Below, one piece after another: positions 29,228-38,653 of a stretch of DNA of 64,000 nt (the first letter of the stretch is position 1; every line of letters starts with the position of its first letter). Under the pieces are notes generated by a model. It saw only the letters and a list, made by a program, of their open reading frames with translations, searched no databases and had not been told where the DNA came from. The translations under genes and the position numbers were made by a program. This DNA comes from Reyranella sp. (GTDB lineage Bacteria > Pseudomonadota > Alphaproteobacteria > Reyranellales > Reyranellaceae), in NCBI RefSeq assembly GCF_965227665.1, contig NZ_OZ245767.1:1955638-2019637 (forward strand). The letters are read 5' to 3'.

Positions 29228-29797
29228 CTAGTTCTTTGTCTCCGCGAACCGCAGCGAGTTCAGGAAACGCGCCGCCGCGGCCTTCGTCTCCTCGTCGTTC
29301 TTCGCCGTCACCAGCAGACGGTAGAGCCGATCCTTCACGATGTAAGTGCGCATCATCACCAGCGCCCCCTGCTGGTCGGCGATGTCGAGCGCGTAGCCGT
29401 CCCAACCCTGCAGGATGACCGGCTCGTCGAGGACGTACTTGAACGTGGCACGGGGAAAGGCTTTCTCGGCCTCGCCGCGCCCCAGTTCGCGCGCCATCTC
29501 CTTGCTGTCCTTCGACGAGAACCAGCCCGGCTCGTAGTCGACAAAGTCGAAGTCGAACATCTCGTCGGCGCGCTTGGAGGCCCACGCGACCCTCTCGCCG
29601 GCATGGCCTGTTTCCTTCTCGGCCGCCGAGCTCTTGTTGACCGGTGCCGGCATCTCCAGCCGGAAGCGCAGGTCGGGTCCGACCACGGTCTGCCACTGGT
29701 CGGGCTGGGCGTAGCTGACCGTCGGGACGGCCGACAGCGCCGGAGCCGTGAAAACGAACGAACGACGGGTCATGCCAGGACTCTTGAAAAAACTCAT
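29228..29797 (-). CDS. hypothetical exported protein (Tat-like signal)
   Basis: MSFFKSPGMTRRSFVFTAPALSAVPTVSYA leader. The start at 29797 makes an ATGA overlap with the upstream gene. ATG 29773 is an alternative. Confidence 0.55.
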   Translation of the reverse strand: MSFFKSPGMTRRSFVFTAPALSAVPTVSYAQPDQWQTVVGPDLRFRLEMPAPVNKSSAAEKETGHAGERVAWASKRADEMFDFDFVDYEPGWFSSKDSKEMARELGRGEAEKAFPRATFKYVLDEPVILQGWDGYALDIADQQGALVMMRTYIVKDRLYRLLVTAKNDEETKAAAARFLNSLRFAETKN

Positions 29798-30648
29798 ACG
29801 GGGGGCACCAATTCTTCGCGGCCGGACCAGTCCCAGGCCAGCCCGGTGCGCGAGACGCCGAGCAGCACCCCGTGCAGTTCCTTCGGATGGATCCAGCCGC
29901 CGTCGGGATCCGTCACGGGATCGGATCCGCGCGGTGTGTAACGCGCACCGGCGTCGAGCAGGCGCTGGCGCACGTTCGGCCAGTCGTGGACCTCGACGTA
30001 GCACATATAGAGCGAGTCGCCGTGCTTGTGCGCGTAGCGGCCCATCGCATGGACGTTGTCGGTGACCTGGCTGAGTTCGATGCGGTCGAGCCGGTTGGGT
30101 GGATCGAACAGAGTGAGCGTGCCGATATAGCCGAAGCGCTCGCTGCCGATCTCGCTGAAGCGCGCGGGATCGAGACCGAACAGCCCGGCATAGACCGCGG
30201 CGACGCGGCGCCAGTCGCTCATCAGCGTGTTGGTGGTCTCGTAGAGGAACGATACCGGCCCGACCCTGGGGCGATAGGTACTCTCGGAAATCACCATCGG
30301 CAGGCCGAAGGTCGTCTCGGGAGACAGATAGAGCTGCTCGTTGTCGAGATCGTAGGGAATGCCGAGACCTTCCCAGCGCTTCACCATGCCGTCGAGGTCG
30401 GCGGTGCAGTAGCCGGCGGTCATCAGACCCTCGCCGCGCCGGCTCAGGAAATCCTGGGTGGAGCCTGCGCCGTCGGGCTCGCAGAGCTCGAACTCGCTCT
30501 CGCCGACGGCGAGGATGGTGCGCTTGGCCGATAGGTGCCGGCTATGGTCGTGCCGCGACACCTGGCTGCCGAGCAACTGGCCGAAGCGCTGCGCCGCCTT
30601 GGCGGCGTCGTGCACGGCGATCTGGACGCGGTCGCAACGATCGAGCAT
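29794..30648 (-). CDS. two-domain VOC (glyoxalase/dioxygenase-like) family protein
   Basis: 284 aa. Two repeats resembling VOC beta-alpha-beta-beta-beta modules (VQIAVHD..., ELCEP..., HMCYVEV...). Assignment is tentative. Confidence 0.5.
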   Translation of the reverse strand: MLDRCDRVQIAVHDAAKAAQRFGQLLGSQVSRHDHSRHLSAKRTILAVGESEFELCEPDGAGSTQDFLSRRGEGLMTAGYCTADLDGMVKRWEGLGIPYDLDNEQLYLSPETTFGLPMVISESTYRPRVGPVSFLYETTNTLMSDWRRVAAVYAGLFGLDPARFSEIGSERFGYIGTLTLFDPPNRLDRIELSQVTDNVHAMGRYAHKHGDSLYMCYVEVHDWPNVRQRLLDAGARYTPRGSDPVTDPDGGWIHPKELHGVLLGVSRTGLAWDWSGREELVPPV

Positions 30649-30662
30649 GTCGCGACCTTACC

Positions 30663-32027
30663 TCAGTAGGCACAGTCGCGGAACAGCGCCGCGAAGGACC
30701 CTTTCCATTCACCATGCCACTTGGCGAGGAGTTCGTCGGCCGGCGCCTGGCCGCTGGCCACGGCGCGGTCGAGCGGCGCGAGGTACATGGTCTCGTCGGC
30801 GCCGTCGGCATTGAGCTGCTTGCGCGCGCGCAGGCCGGCATGGGCAATCTCGACGACGTCGCGTGCCAGTTCCGACAGGACACGGCCGCGGAACATCGTG
30901 GCGAGGCCCGACTTCGGCGTCTCGGCGCGCAGGAAGTCGTGGTCTGCCGTGCTCCAGTCCTTGACCAGGTCCCACGCCGCATCGAGCGCGGCCTGGTCGT
31001 AGAGCAGTCCGACCCACAGCGCCGGCAGCGCATTGAGCGCGCCCAGCGGACCGGAGTCGGCGCCACGCATTTCGAGGTAGCGCTTCAGCCGCACCTCGGG
31101 GAAGGCCGTGGTGATGTGATCGGCCCAGTCGTTGATCGAGGGCAGTTCGCCCGGACGCGCCGGCAGCCGGCCCTTCAGGAAGTCGCGGAAGCTCTGGCCG
31201 GACGCGTCGATGTACTTGCCGTCGCGATAGACGAAGTACATCGGCACGTCGAGCATGTAGTCGACGTAGCGCTCGAAGCCGAACCCCTCCTCGAACACGA
31301 AGGGCAGCATGCCGCAGCGGTCGGGATCGGTGTCCGTCCAGATGTGGCTGCGGTAGCTCTTGAAGCCGGCCTCCTTGCCCTCCTTGAAGGGCGAGTTGGC
31401 GAACAGCGCCGTGGCGACCGGCTGCAGCGCCAGCGAGACACGGAACTTCTTCACCATGTCGGCTTCGGAGGCGAAGTCGAGGTTGGTCTGCACGGTGCAG
31501 GTGCGCAGCATCATGTCGAGACCGAGCGTGCCGACCTTCGGCATGTAGTCGCGCATGATCTTGTAGCGGCCCTTGGGCATCCAGTGCATGTCCTCGCGCG
31601 TCCACTCGGGCGCGAAACCCAGACCGATGAACGACGCGCCGATCTCGCCCGCGACCTGCTTCACCTCGTCGATATGCAGAGCGTTCTCGGCCGCCGCCTC
31701 GTGCAGGGTCTCGAGCGGCGCACCGGACAGTTCGAATTGGCCGCCCGGTTCCAGCGTGATGCTGGCCTTGTCGCGCAGGAGCGCGATCGGGTTGTTGCCC
31801 TCGATCACCGGCTCCCAGCCGAACCGCGTCAACCCTTCGAGCATGGCGCGGATGCCGTCGGGCCCGTCATAGGCCAGCGGCTTCAGGGTCTTGGTGTGGT
31901 AGCCGAATTTTTCGTGCTCGGTGCCCATGCGCCACTGGGCGCGGGGCTTGTTGCCGGCCGCGAAGTACTCGATCAGCTGCCGCCGATTTTCGATCGGCGC
32001 GCCGCCGCCCGACGGAGGTGCGGACAT
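30663..32027 (-). CDS. gshA: glutamate--cysteine ligase (plant/alphaproteobacterial GCS2 type)
   Basis: NRRQLIEYFAAGNKPRAQWRMGTEHEKFGY..., GGQFELSGAP, RYLEMRGADSGP. Start taken at MSAPPSGG (32027) within ORF 30663..32147. Confidence 0.9.
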   Translation of the reverse strand: MSAPPSGGGAPIENRRQLIEYFAAGNKPRAQWRMGTEHEKFGYHTKTLKPLAYDGPDGIRAMLEGLTRFGWEPVIEGNNPIALLRDKASITLEPGGQFELSGAPLETLHEAAAENALHIDEVKQVAGEIGASFIGLGFAPEWTREDMHWMPKGRYKIMRDYMPKVGTLGLDMMLRTCTVQTNLDFASEADMVKKFRVSLALQPVATALFANSPFKEGKEAGFKSYRSHIWTDTDPDRCGMLPFVFEEGFGFERYVDYMLDVPMYFVYRDGKYIDASGQSFRDFLKGRLPARPGELPSINDWADHITTAFPEVRLKRYLEMRGADSGPLGALNALPALWVGLLYDQAALDAAWDLVKDWSTADHDFLRAETPKSGLATMFRGRVLSELARDVVEIAHAGLRARKQLNADGADETMYLAPLDRAVASGQAPADELLAKWHGEWKGSFAALFRDCAY

Positions 32028-32171
32028 ACGATCATCTCTCCCTGATCGCTCCGCGCCTTGTGAGGGCCTCGGGAGCGGCGCGGTCGCATGAGAAAACCTC
32101 ACGCGAGCCCGCGGCTGGTTCATCCTGTTCGATTCGCTCTCTCCCACATCGCCGGGGGCCTGCGCAAGCGC

Positions 32172-32960
32172 TCAGACGGTAACCCTGGAGGCGCGATAAT
32201 CGCCGCTGAGACGCGGTGTCGGGCGCCGCCAGTCCCCGACCAGCGCCTGCCAGCATGCAAGCGCTGCCAGCGCCGCGGTGTCGGCCCGCAGGATGCGGGG
32301 ACCGAGCCCCACCGACGTTACATCCTTTATGCGACGGAGCGCCTGAAGCTCGATTTCGGCGAAGCCGCCCTCGGGACCGATCACGATGGCCCAGGGCGCC
32401 GCGCGCGCCGCTTCGTCGAGGCCCGACAGCGCCTCGGCGATCGGCGGCCCGCCGCCGGTCTCGTCGCACATCATCAGGCGCCGCCCCTCCGGCCAGCGGT
32501 CGAGCAACTTCCCGAGATCGACCGAATCGCGTACGTCGGGGACGGTGAGCCGCTCGGTCTGCTCGGCCGCCTCGATCGCATTGGCGCGCAGGCGGCCGAC
32601 ATTGACGCGCTCGACGGCCGTGTGGCGCGTCACCACCGGCTGCAGGACGGAGACGCCCAGCTCGGTCGCCTTTTCGGCGATATAGTCGATGCGGGCGCGC
32701 TTCACCGGCGCAAAGCAGAGCCAGACGTCGGGCTCGGGGGTCTGCTCGCGCGTGCGCTCGCCCAGTTCGGCGACCGCGGACTTCTTGCCACGGGACGACA
32801 GGGTGCCGCGCCATTCGCCGTCGCGGCCATTGAACAGCAGCAGCGGCGCGCCGTCGGGCCGCCGCATGACGTTGCGCAGGTAATGGACCTGCGCCTCGTC
32901 CAGCGCGACCTCGCCGCCGGCCGCCAGGTCCGCCTCGACGAAAAGACGTGCCGCACTCAT
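32172..32960 (-). CDS. rsmE: 16S rRNA (uracil1498-N3)-methyltransferase RsmE
   Basis: RLFVEADLAAGGEVALDEAQVHYLRNVMR at the N-terminus and the C-terminal SPOUT motif IVIGPEGGFAEIE. Confidence 0.85.
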   Translation of the reverse strand: MSAARLFVEADLAAGGEVALDEAQVHYLRNVMRRPDGAPLLLFNGRDGEWRGTLSSRGKKSAVAELGERTREQTPEPDVWLCFAPVKRARIDYIAEKATELGVSVLQPVVTRHTAVERVNVGRLRANAIEAAEQTERLTVPDVRDSVDLGKLLDRWPEGRRLMMCDETGGGPPIAEALSGLDEAARAAPWAIVIGPEGGFAEIELQALRRIKDVTSVGLGPRILRADTAALAALACWQALVGDWRRPTPRLSGDYRASRVTV

Positions 32961-33020
32961 CTATTTGCCTTCATGGATCATTGTCGCGCATAGCTGCATC
33001 ATGAAGCGCATGATGACGCC

Positions 33021-33944
33021 ATGACTGCCGGGCGGACAACCGGCTTCACCGATATCGACACGACGCACTGGACGTTGCGTTACCTGCCGCCCTGGGCACG
33101 ACCCTACGGGCGGCTGGCGCGCTGGGACCGGCCGATCGGCATCTGGCTGCTGCTGTTTCCCTGCTGGTGGTCGGCGGCGCTGGCGGCGGCGCCCAACTGG
33201 GCGCAGCTCGCGGGCTACATGGCCCTCTTCACGGTCGGCGCCATCGCCATGCGCGGCGCCGGCTGCACCTGGAACGACATCGTCGACCGCAAGGTCGATG
33301 CCGGCGTCGAGCGTACGCGAGGCCGGCCCCTGCCCTCGGGCGAGCTGAAGCTGCACCACGCGCTGATCTGGATGGCGCTGCAGGGCGCGGTGGGCGCGGC
33401 CGTCCTGTTCAAGCTCAACAAGTTCGCGGGGGGCGTGGCGCTGCTGTCGCTGGTGCTGGTCGCGATCTACCCGACGATGAAGAAGATCACCTCCTGGCCG
33501 CAGGTGGTGCTGGGCTTCGCCTTCAACTGGGGCGCGCTGGTGGGCTACGCCACCGTGACCGGGACGCTCTCGTGGGCCACCGTCGCGCTCTATTTCGGCG
33601 GCGTCGCCTGGACGATGGTCTACGACACGATCTACGCCATGCAGGACCAGCGCGACGATGCGGTGGTCGGCGTGCGCTCGACGGCGCGCCGCTTCGCCGC
33701 CGCACCGCGGCGCTGGCTGAGTTTCTTTGCGGTGCTGGCGATCGGGTTCTGGATCGCGACCGGCCTGCTGGCGCCGCTCGGCGTCGGCTACTTCATCCTG
33801 CTGGCCGGCATTGCCGCACACCTCTGCTGGCAGATCGCGCTGCTGAAACCGGATGATCAGGCCGACTGCCTGATGCGCTTCAAGTCCAATCGCCTCGTCG
33901 GGTGGCTCATGCTGGCGGCCCTCATCGTCGACAGGATTGCTTGA
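33021..33944 (+). CDS. ubiA: 4-hydroxybenzoate polyprenyltransferase UbiA
   Basis: RWDRPIGIWLLLFPCWW and the Asp-rich motif NDIVDRKVDAGVERTRGRPLPSG, with a second motif YDTIYAMQDQRDD. Confidence 0.9.
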   Translation: MTAGRTTGFTDIDTTHWTLRYLPPWARPYGRLARWDRPIGIWLLLFPCWWSAALAAAPNWAQLAGYMALFTVGAIAMRGAGCTWNDIVDRKVDAGVERTRGRPLPSGELKLHHALIWMALQGAVGAAVLFKLNKFAGGVALLSLVLVAIYPTMKKITSWPQVVLGFAFNWGALVGYATVTGTLSWATVALYFGGVAWTMVYDTIYAMQDQRDDAVVGVRSTARRFAAAPRRWLSFFAVLAIGFWIATGLLAPLGVGYFILLAGIAAHLCWQIALLKPDDQADCLMRFKSNRLVGWLMLAALIVDRIA

Positions 33945-34615
33945 TGTCCAAGCTGCCCAGCGACCCCGAGGGATTCATACGCGCCAACACCGCCCTCGAG
34001 GTGCCGGCGATGGTGCCCGAGTTCAGGCTGTGGCTGGCCACCGAGTATGTCCCGATCTGGCAGGCCACCGAGGCGTGGCTGGAGGAGCAGAACGTCGACC
34101 CACCCTACTGGGCCTTCTGCTGGCCGGGCGGCCAGGCGATCGCGCGCCACCTTCTCGACAATCCCGACCTGGTCACGGGAAAGCGGGTGATCGACTTTGC
34201 GGCCGGTTCCGGCGTCTCCTCGCTTGCGGCGGTGCGGGCGGGTGCCGCCTCCGTCGTGGCCAACGACATCGACCGGCTGTCGCTGGTTGCCGCAGGCCTC
34301 AACGCCACGGCCAACGGTCTTTCCATCGAGACGAGCAGTGAGGACTGGCTGGCCGGAACGCCGGGAGCCCCCGAGGCCGACGTGGTGATCGCAGGCGACG
34401 TCTGTTACGAGCGCGAGATGTCGGTGCAGGCGCTGGCCTGGTTGCGCAGCCATGCCGCCAAGGGCCGCCTGGTCCTGCTGGGCGACCCCGGCCGCAACTA
34501 TTTCAGCGCCCAGGGCCTCGAGGAACTGGGCCGCTATGAAATACCGACCTCGCTCCAGCTCGAGAACCGGGGCATGCGCGAGACCGTCGTCTGGCGGGTG
34601 CTGCCCGTTTCGTGA
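33944..34615 (+). CDS. class I SAM-dependent methyltransferase
   Basis: SAM-binding motif VIDFAAGSGVSSLAAVRAGAASVVANDID. The ATG overlaps the ubiA stop as TGATG. Confidence 0.7.
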   Translation: MSKLPSDPEGFIRANTALEVPAMVPEFRLWLATEYVPIWQATEAWLEEQNVDPPYWAFCWPGGQAIARHLLDNPDLVTGKRVIDFAAGSGVSSLAAVRAGAASVVANDIDRLSLVAAGLNATANGLSIETSSEDWLAGTPGAPEADVVIAGDVCYEREMSVQALAWLRSHAAKGRLVLLGDPGRNYFSAQGLEELGRYEIPTSLQLENRGMRETVVWRVLPVS

Positions 34616-34686
34616 AGCTATTCGGCGGCGGGCTGTTATAATTCCGTAACTGTTCTTTCACAGACGGATCGGGCTACAGCAAATAC

Positions 34687-35439
34687 ATGCCCCCTAGCAC
34701 CCAGAAATCAAAGATAAGCGCGGCCGACTTCGCGAGCCTGTACGAGGGCTTCAACGCGCCGGTCTCGCGCTTCGATTGTGGCCGCAAGTGCGCGCCGCTG
34801 AACGACGGAGAGCCGGTCTGCTGTTCGACGCAGAACGCAGTGCCCGTCGTGCACAAGGCCGAGTGGGCGCTGCTCAAGACCCGCACCGACCTGTGGTCCA
34901 AGTTCAAGCCCTACGATTATTCCACCCGGATGATCGTCGAGGAGCTGACCTCCGACTGCATGGCCATCCACTGCAAGGGCGCGCGGCACTGCGAGCGCGA
35001 CAACCGCACGATCGCCTGCCGCGGCTTCCCCTTCTTTCCCTACCTGACGCGGCAGAAGCAGTTCGTCGGCATCGGCACCTACTGGGTGTTCCAGGACCGC
35101 TGCTGGATGATGTCCAATCTCGAGGTCGTCGACCGCACGTTCGTCGAGGAGTTCATCACCGCCTACGAGGCGCTGTTCATCAAGGATCCGAGCGAGTTCG
35201 AGACCTATGTCGATTACTCGGCGACGGCGCGGCGCGTCTACTCCCGCTGGAAGCGCGAGATTCCGCTGCTCGGCCGCAAGGGCGAATTGCTGATCGTGAC
35301 GCCTTCGACCGGCGAGATCCGCCCGGGCAAGCCGCGCGACTTCCCGAAGATGGAGCCCTTCAATTCGGAGAAGAACTACAAGCAGGCCATCAAGGACGCC
35401 GGCGGCGAATACCCGAAGGACGGGCTGCGCCCGAGCTGA
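34687..35439 (+). CDS. cysteine-cluster protein, possibly YkgJ/UPF0153-like
   Basis: CGRKCAPLNDGEPVCC near the N-terminus and CMAIHCKGARHCERDNRTIACRGFPFFP later, resembling the CxxCxxCC ... C..CR.FP pattern. The remainder is unassigned. Confidence 0.45.
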   Translation: MPPSTQKSKISAADFASLYEGFNAPVSRFDCGRKCAPLNDGEPVCCSTQNAVPVVHKAEWALLKTRTDLWSKFKPYDYSTRMIVEELTSDCMAIHCKGARHCERDNRTIACRGFPFFPYLTRQKQFVGIGTYWVFQDRCWMMSNLEVVDRTFVEEFITAYEALFIKDPSEFETYVDYSATARRVYSRWKREIPLLGRKGELLIVTPSTGEIRPGKPRDFPKMEPFNSEKNYKQAIKDAGGEYPKDGLRPS

Positions 35440-35465
35440 ACCTGTCAACGCTTGCAGGCGCCGCT

Positions 35466-35564
35466 AAAGGTCCCTCGCTGCGCTCGGGATGACAATTTTG
35501 TTGGGATCTGCTCAGTGCGCCCATTAAGAAAACGGTGTCATCCCGAGCGCAGCGAGGGACCTTT
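35466..35564. repeat. palindromic REP-like element (29-bp perfect arms, 41-nt loop)
   Basis: AAAGGTCCCTCGCTGCGCTCGGGATGACA ... TGTCATCCCGAGCGCAGCGAGGGACCTTT. Confidence 0.9.
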
Positions 35565-35607
35565 CCTTCACGGGAAGATCCACGCCACGACGTGCTAGAA
35601 CACCGCC

Positions 35608-36513
35608 GTGTCGTCCCTCACCCGCCGTCGCATCGCCTGGACGCTGTTGCTGCTCACGCCCGCGATGTTCGCCGTCAACATGCTGATGGCGCGCTACGCC
35701 ACGTTCGTGCCGCCGAACGCGCTGGCACTGGGGCGGTGGTTCTTCGTGGCGGTGCTGCTGCTGCCGTTTGCGGGGCCGCGCCTCATGCGCCATCGCCATG
35801 CTCTCACGCGCGAGTGGCGCGACCTGCTGCTGCTCGGCGCGATCGGCATGTGGATCTGCGGCGCCTGGGTCTATATCGGCGCGCGCTCCGTACCGGCGCT
35901 CAACATCGGGCTGATCTATGCCGCCTCGCCGATCCTGGTCGTCGCCCTAGGCCGCCTGTTCTATCGCGAGCGGCTGACGATGGGCCGCATCGCAGGCATC
36001 GTGCTCTGCCTTGCCGGTGTCGCCGCGGTATTCGCCAAGGGCCGTCTCGCAAATCTCCTGTCGGTGCAATTCACCGAGGGCGATCTCTGGATTGCGGCCG
36101 CCTCGGCCTGCTGGGGCCTCTATTCGGTGCTGCTCAAGGCGCGTCCCAGCGCGCTCGATCCGCTGACGCGCCTCTGCGCCATCTCGTTCGCGGGCTGCCT
36201 CGTGCTGCTGCCGTTCACCGTGGGCGAGGCCCTCATCTGGCAGGCGCCGGACCTCGGCGACTGGCGCACCTGGGCGTCGTTCCTGGTGCTCGCCGTCATT
36301 CCCGGCGTCGGCGCCTACGGTGCCTTCGCCTATTGCGTGCGCGAGCTGGGACCGTCGGTCACCAGCGTCTCGATGTATCTCGGGCCGCTCTATGTCGGCA
36401 TTCTCGCCTGGATCATCCTCGGCGAAGCGCCGCAATGGTATCATCTCATCGGAACGGTGCTGGTGCTGCCTGGCCTGTTCCTCGCCACACGCTCGGCCAG
36501 CAAAGGAATCTGA
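35608..36513 (+). CDS. DMT-superfamily (EamA-like) transporter
   Basis: 301 aa, about ten TM segments and a duplicated EamA-like architecture. GTG start. Confidence 0.75.
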   Translation: MSSLTRRRIAWTLLLLTPAMFAVNMLMARYATFVPPNALALGRWFFVAVLLLPFAGPRLMRHRHALTREWRDLLLLGAIGMWICGAWVYIGARSVPALNIGLIYAASPILVVALGRLFYRERLTMGRIAGIVLCLAGVAAVFAKGRLANLLSVQFTEGDLWIAAASACWGLYSVLLKARPSALDPLTRLCAISFAGCLVLLPFTVGEALIWQAPDLGDWRTWASFLVLAVIPGVGAYGAFAYCVRELGPSVTSVSMYLGPLYVGILAWIILGEAPQWYHLIGTVLVLPGLFLATRSASKGI

Positions 36514-36514
36514 C

Positions 36515-36970
36515 ATGAAACGCGCGATCCTCGCCGTCCTCGCCCTGATGGTTGCCGTTCCCGCAGCAGCCGAAGAAATCGGCTCGGTCGGCTATCGCTT
36601 CAAGTGGCTGGGTCCCAACGACAAGATCGTGGTCGAGGCCTTCGACGATCCCGACCTCGGGGGCATCACCTGCTATCTCGCGCGCGCCCGCACCGGCGGC
36701 TTCAAGGGCATGGTCGGCCTGGCGGAGGATCCGCCCTACGCGTCGATCTCCTGCCACCAGGTCGGCCCGATCGACGGCGACAAGGCCGAGAAGCTCAAGA
36801 GCCCGCACGAAGTGTTCAGCGAGCGCGCCTCGCTGATCTTCAAGACCACGCAGGTCGTCCGCTTCTACGATCCCAAGCGCCGTGCGCTCATCTACCTCAC
36901 CTACACTGACCGCGTGATCGAAGGCAGCCCGCAGAACTCGATCAGCGTCGTGCCCGTCGGCCTGCGCTGA
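36515..36970 (+). CDS. creA: CreA family protein
   Basis: Signal peptide MKRAILAVLALMVAVPAAA followed by EEIGSVGYRFKWLGPNDKIVVEAFDDPDLGGITCYLARA, which is typical of CreA. Confidence 0.75.
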   Translation: MKRAILAVLALMVAVPAAAEEIGSVGYRFKWLGPNDKIVVEAFDDPDLGGITCYLARARTGGFKGMVGLAEDPPYASISCHQVGPIDGDKAEKLKSPHEVFSERASLIFKTTQVVRFYDPKRRALIYLTYTDRVIEGSPQNSISVVPVGLR

Positions 36971-36990
36971 CTTCTCCGGAGAATTATGAA

Positions 36991-37875
36991 ATGACCACTC
37001 GTCCCACGCCGAACTGGCGCTCGCTGATGTTCGTGCCGGTACTGGCCGAACGCTTCATCGCCAAGGCCCATACGCGCGGCGCCGATGCGCTGATCCTCGA
37101 CCTCGAGGATTCGATCATTCCGGCCAAGAAAGCCGAAGCCCGCGCCGCGATTGCCGCCGCCGTGCCGCGGGTGGCACAGAACGGCGCCGACGTCGTGGTC
37201 CGCATCAACCGGCCGCTCGAACTGGCGGTGCCCGACATCGAAGCCGCGGTGATGCCGGGTGTCTCGGCGCTGATGCTGCCCAAGGTGATGGGACCCGAGC
37301 ATGTGCGCCTGCTGGCCGAGCTGGTGACCGAGCGCGAGACGCAGCTCGGCATGGAGATCGGCCACACCCGCTTCCTTGTCCTGATCGAGACGGTGGCCGC
37401 GCTGCCGCATCTCTTTGCCATCGCCGCCGAGCCGCGCATGGCCGGCATGTCGGTCGGCGGCGAGGATTTTGCCACCGACATGGGCGCGATCCCGTCGGCC
37501 GACAGCATGTACGTCTTCGCCATGCAGGGACTGGCCGCCTGCCGCGCCGCCGGCATCCTGCCGATGGGCTCGATGGGCCAGCTCGCCAAGATCGACGATC
37601 TCGAGTCCTATCGCGCCGGCCTGAAGCGCGGCCGCGAGCTGGGCTTCACCACGGCCTCCTGCATCCACCCCGCCCACGTGCCGATCATCAACGAGGAATA
37701 CGGCGCCTCCGACGCCGAGATCGACCGCGCCCGCCGCCTGCTCGCGGCCTTCGAGGTCGCCAAGGCCAATGGCGAGGGCGCGGTCGCCTTCGAGGGCAGC
37801 ATGGTCGACCTGCCGATCGTTATCCGGGCGGAACGTTTGCTCGCGCGGGCCGCTTCGTGGAAGAAGACCGGCTGA
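36991..37875 (+). CDS. HpcH/HpaI aldolase / CitE-like (acyl-CoA lyase beta-chain) family protein
   Basis: RSLMFVPVLAERFIAKAHTRGADALILDLEDSI and FLVLIETVAAL are CitE-like motifs. Confidence 0.75.
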   Translation: MTTRPTPNWRSLMFVPVLAERFIAKAHTRGADALILDLEDSIIPAKKAEARAAIAAAVPRVAQNGADVVVRINRPLELAVPDIEAAVMPGVSALMLPKVMGPEHVRLLAELVTERETQLGMEIGHTRFLVLIETVAALPHLFAIAAEPRMAGMSVGGEDFATDMGAIPSADSMYVFAMQGLAACRAAGILPMGSMGQLAKIDDLESYRAGLKRGRELGFTTASCIHPAHVPIINEEYGASDAEIDRARRLLAAFEVAKANGEGAVAFEGSMVDLPIVIRAERLLARAASWKKTG

Positions 37876-37891
37876 ACGGGAGCCCTGGACA

Positions 37892-38551
37892 ATGTCGCTT
37901 GCGATCTACGGCCACCTCTTTTCGTCCTACACCCAGAAGGTGTTGATGGCGCTTTACGAGAACGGCACGCCGTTCGAGTTCCGCGCGCTGGGGCAGGAAA
38001 CGCCCGAGCATGTCGGCGAGTGGCTGAAGCGCTGGCCGTTGCGCAAGTTCCCCGTGCTGGTCGACGGCGATCGCACCGTCGTCGAGACCAGCATCATCAT
38101 CGAGTATCTGCAGCTCGCGCATCCGGGCGCGGTGCGCCTGATCCCGGCCGACCCGATGGCTGCGCTGGACGTGCGCTTCCTCGACCGCTTCTTCGACCTG
38201 CATGTGATGAACATGATGCAGCTCGCGGTCGACGGAGCGCTCACCGGCGATCCGATCAAGCGCAAGGACGGCCACGACGCCGCCATCGAGAAGCTCGAAC
38301 GCGCCTACGCCTGGCTCGATAGCGAACTGGCCGGCCGGAGCTGGGCCCTGGGCAGCGACTTCACGATGGCCGACTGCGCTGCCGCACCGTCGCTGTTCTA
38401 TGCCGACTGGGTGCACCGGATCCCCGAATCCTATCCGGTGCTGCGCGCCTACCGCACGCGCCTGCTCGCGAGACCGTCCTTCGCCCGCTGCGTCGACGAC
38501 GCGCGACCGTTCCGCCCCCTCTTCCCGCTGGGCGCACCGGACCGGGATTAG
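37892..38551 (+). CDS. glutathione S-transferase family protein
   Basis: The N-terminal thioredoxin-like part (FPVLVDGDRTVVETSIIIEYL) is followed by a helical C-terminal domain. ATG 37892 lies within ORF 37769..38551. Confidence 0.8.
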   Translation: MSLAIYGHLFSSYTQKVLMALYENGTPFEFRALGQETPEHVGEWLKRWPLRKFPVLVDGDRTVVETSIIIEYLQLAHPGAVRLIPADPMAALDVRFLDRFFDLHVMNMMQLAVDGALTGDPIKRKDGHDAAIEKLERAYAWLDSELAGRSWALGSDFTMADCAAAPSLFYADWVHRIPESYPVLRAYRTRLLARPSFARCVDDARPFRPLFPLGAPDRD

Positions 38552-38560
38552 CAAGACGGC

Positions 38561-38640
38561 AAAGGTCCCTTGCTACGCTCGGGATGACACAGGGTTTGTT
38601 GCCCCATCCATTGTCATCCCGAGCGTAGCGAGGGACCTTT
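38561..38640. repeat. palindromic REP-like element (29-bp arms, 1 mismatch, 22-nt loop)
   Basis: AAAGGTCCCTTGCTACGCTCGGGATGACA ... TGTCATCCCGAGCGTAGCGAGGGACCTTT, between convergent genes. Confidence 0.9.
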
Positions 38641-38653
38641 CTTAACCTTCGCC

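Noticed and set aside
30714-32045. 443-aa plus-strand ORF
   Set aside because: It is antisense to gshA.
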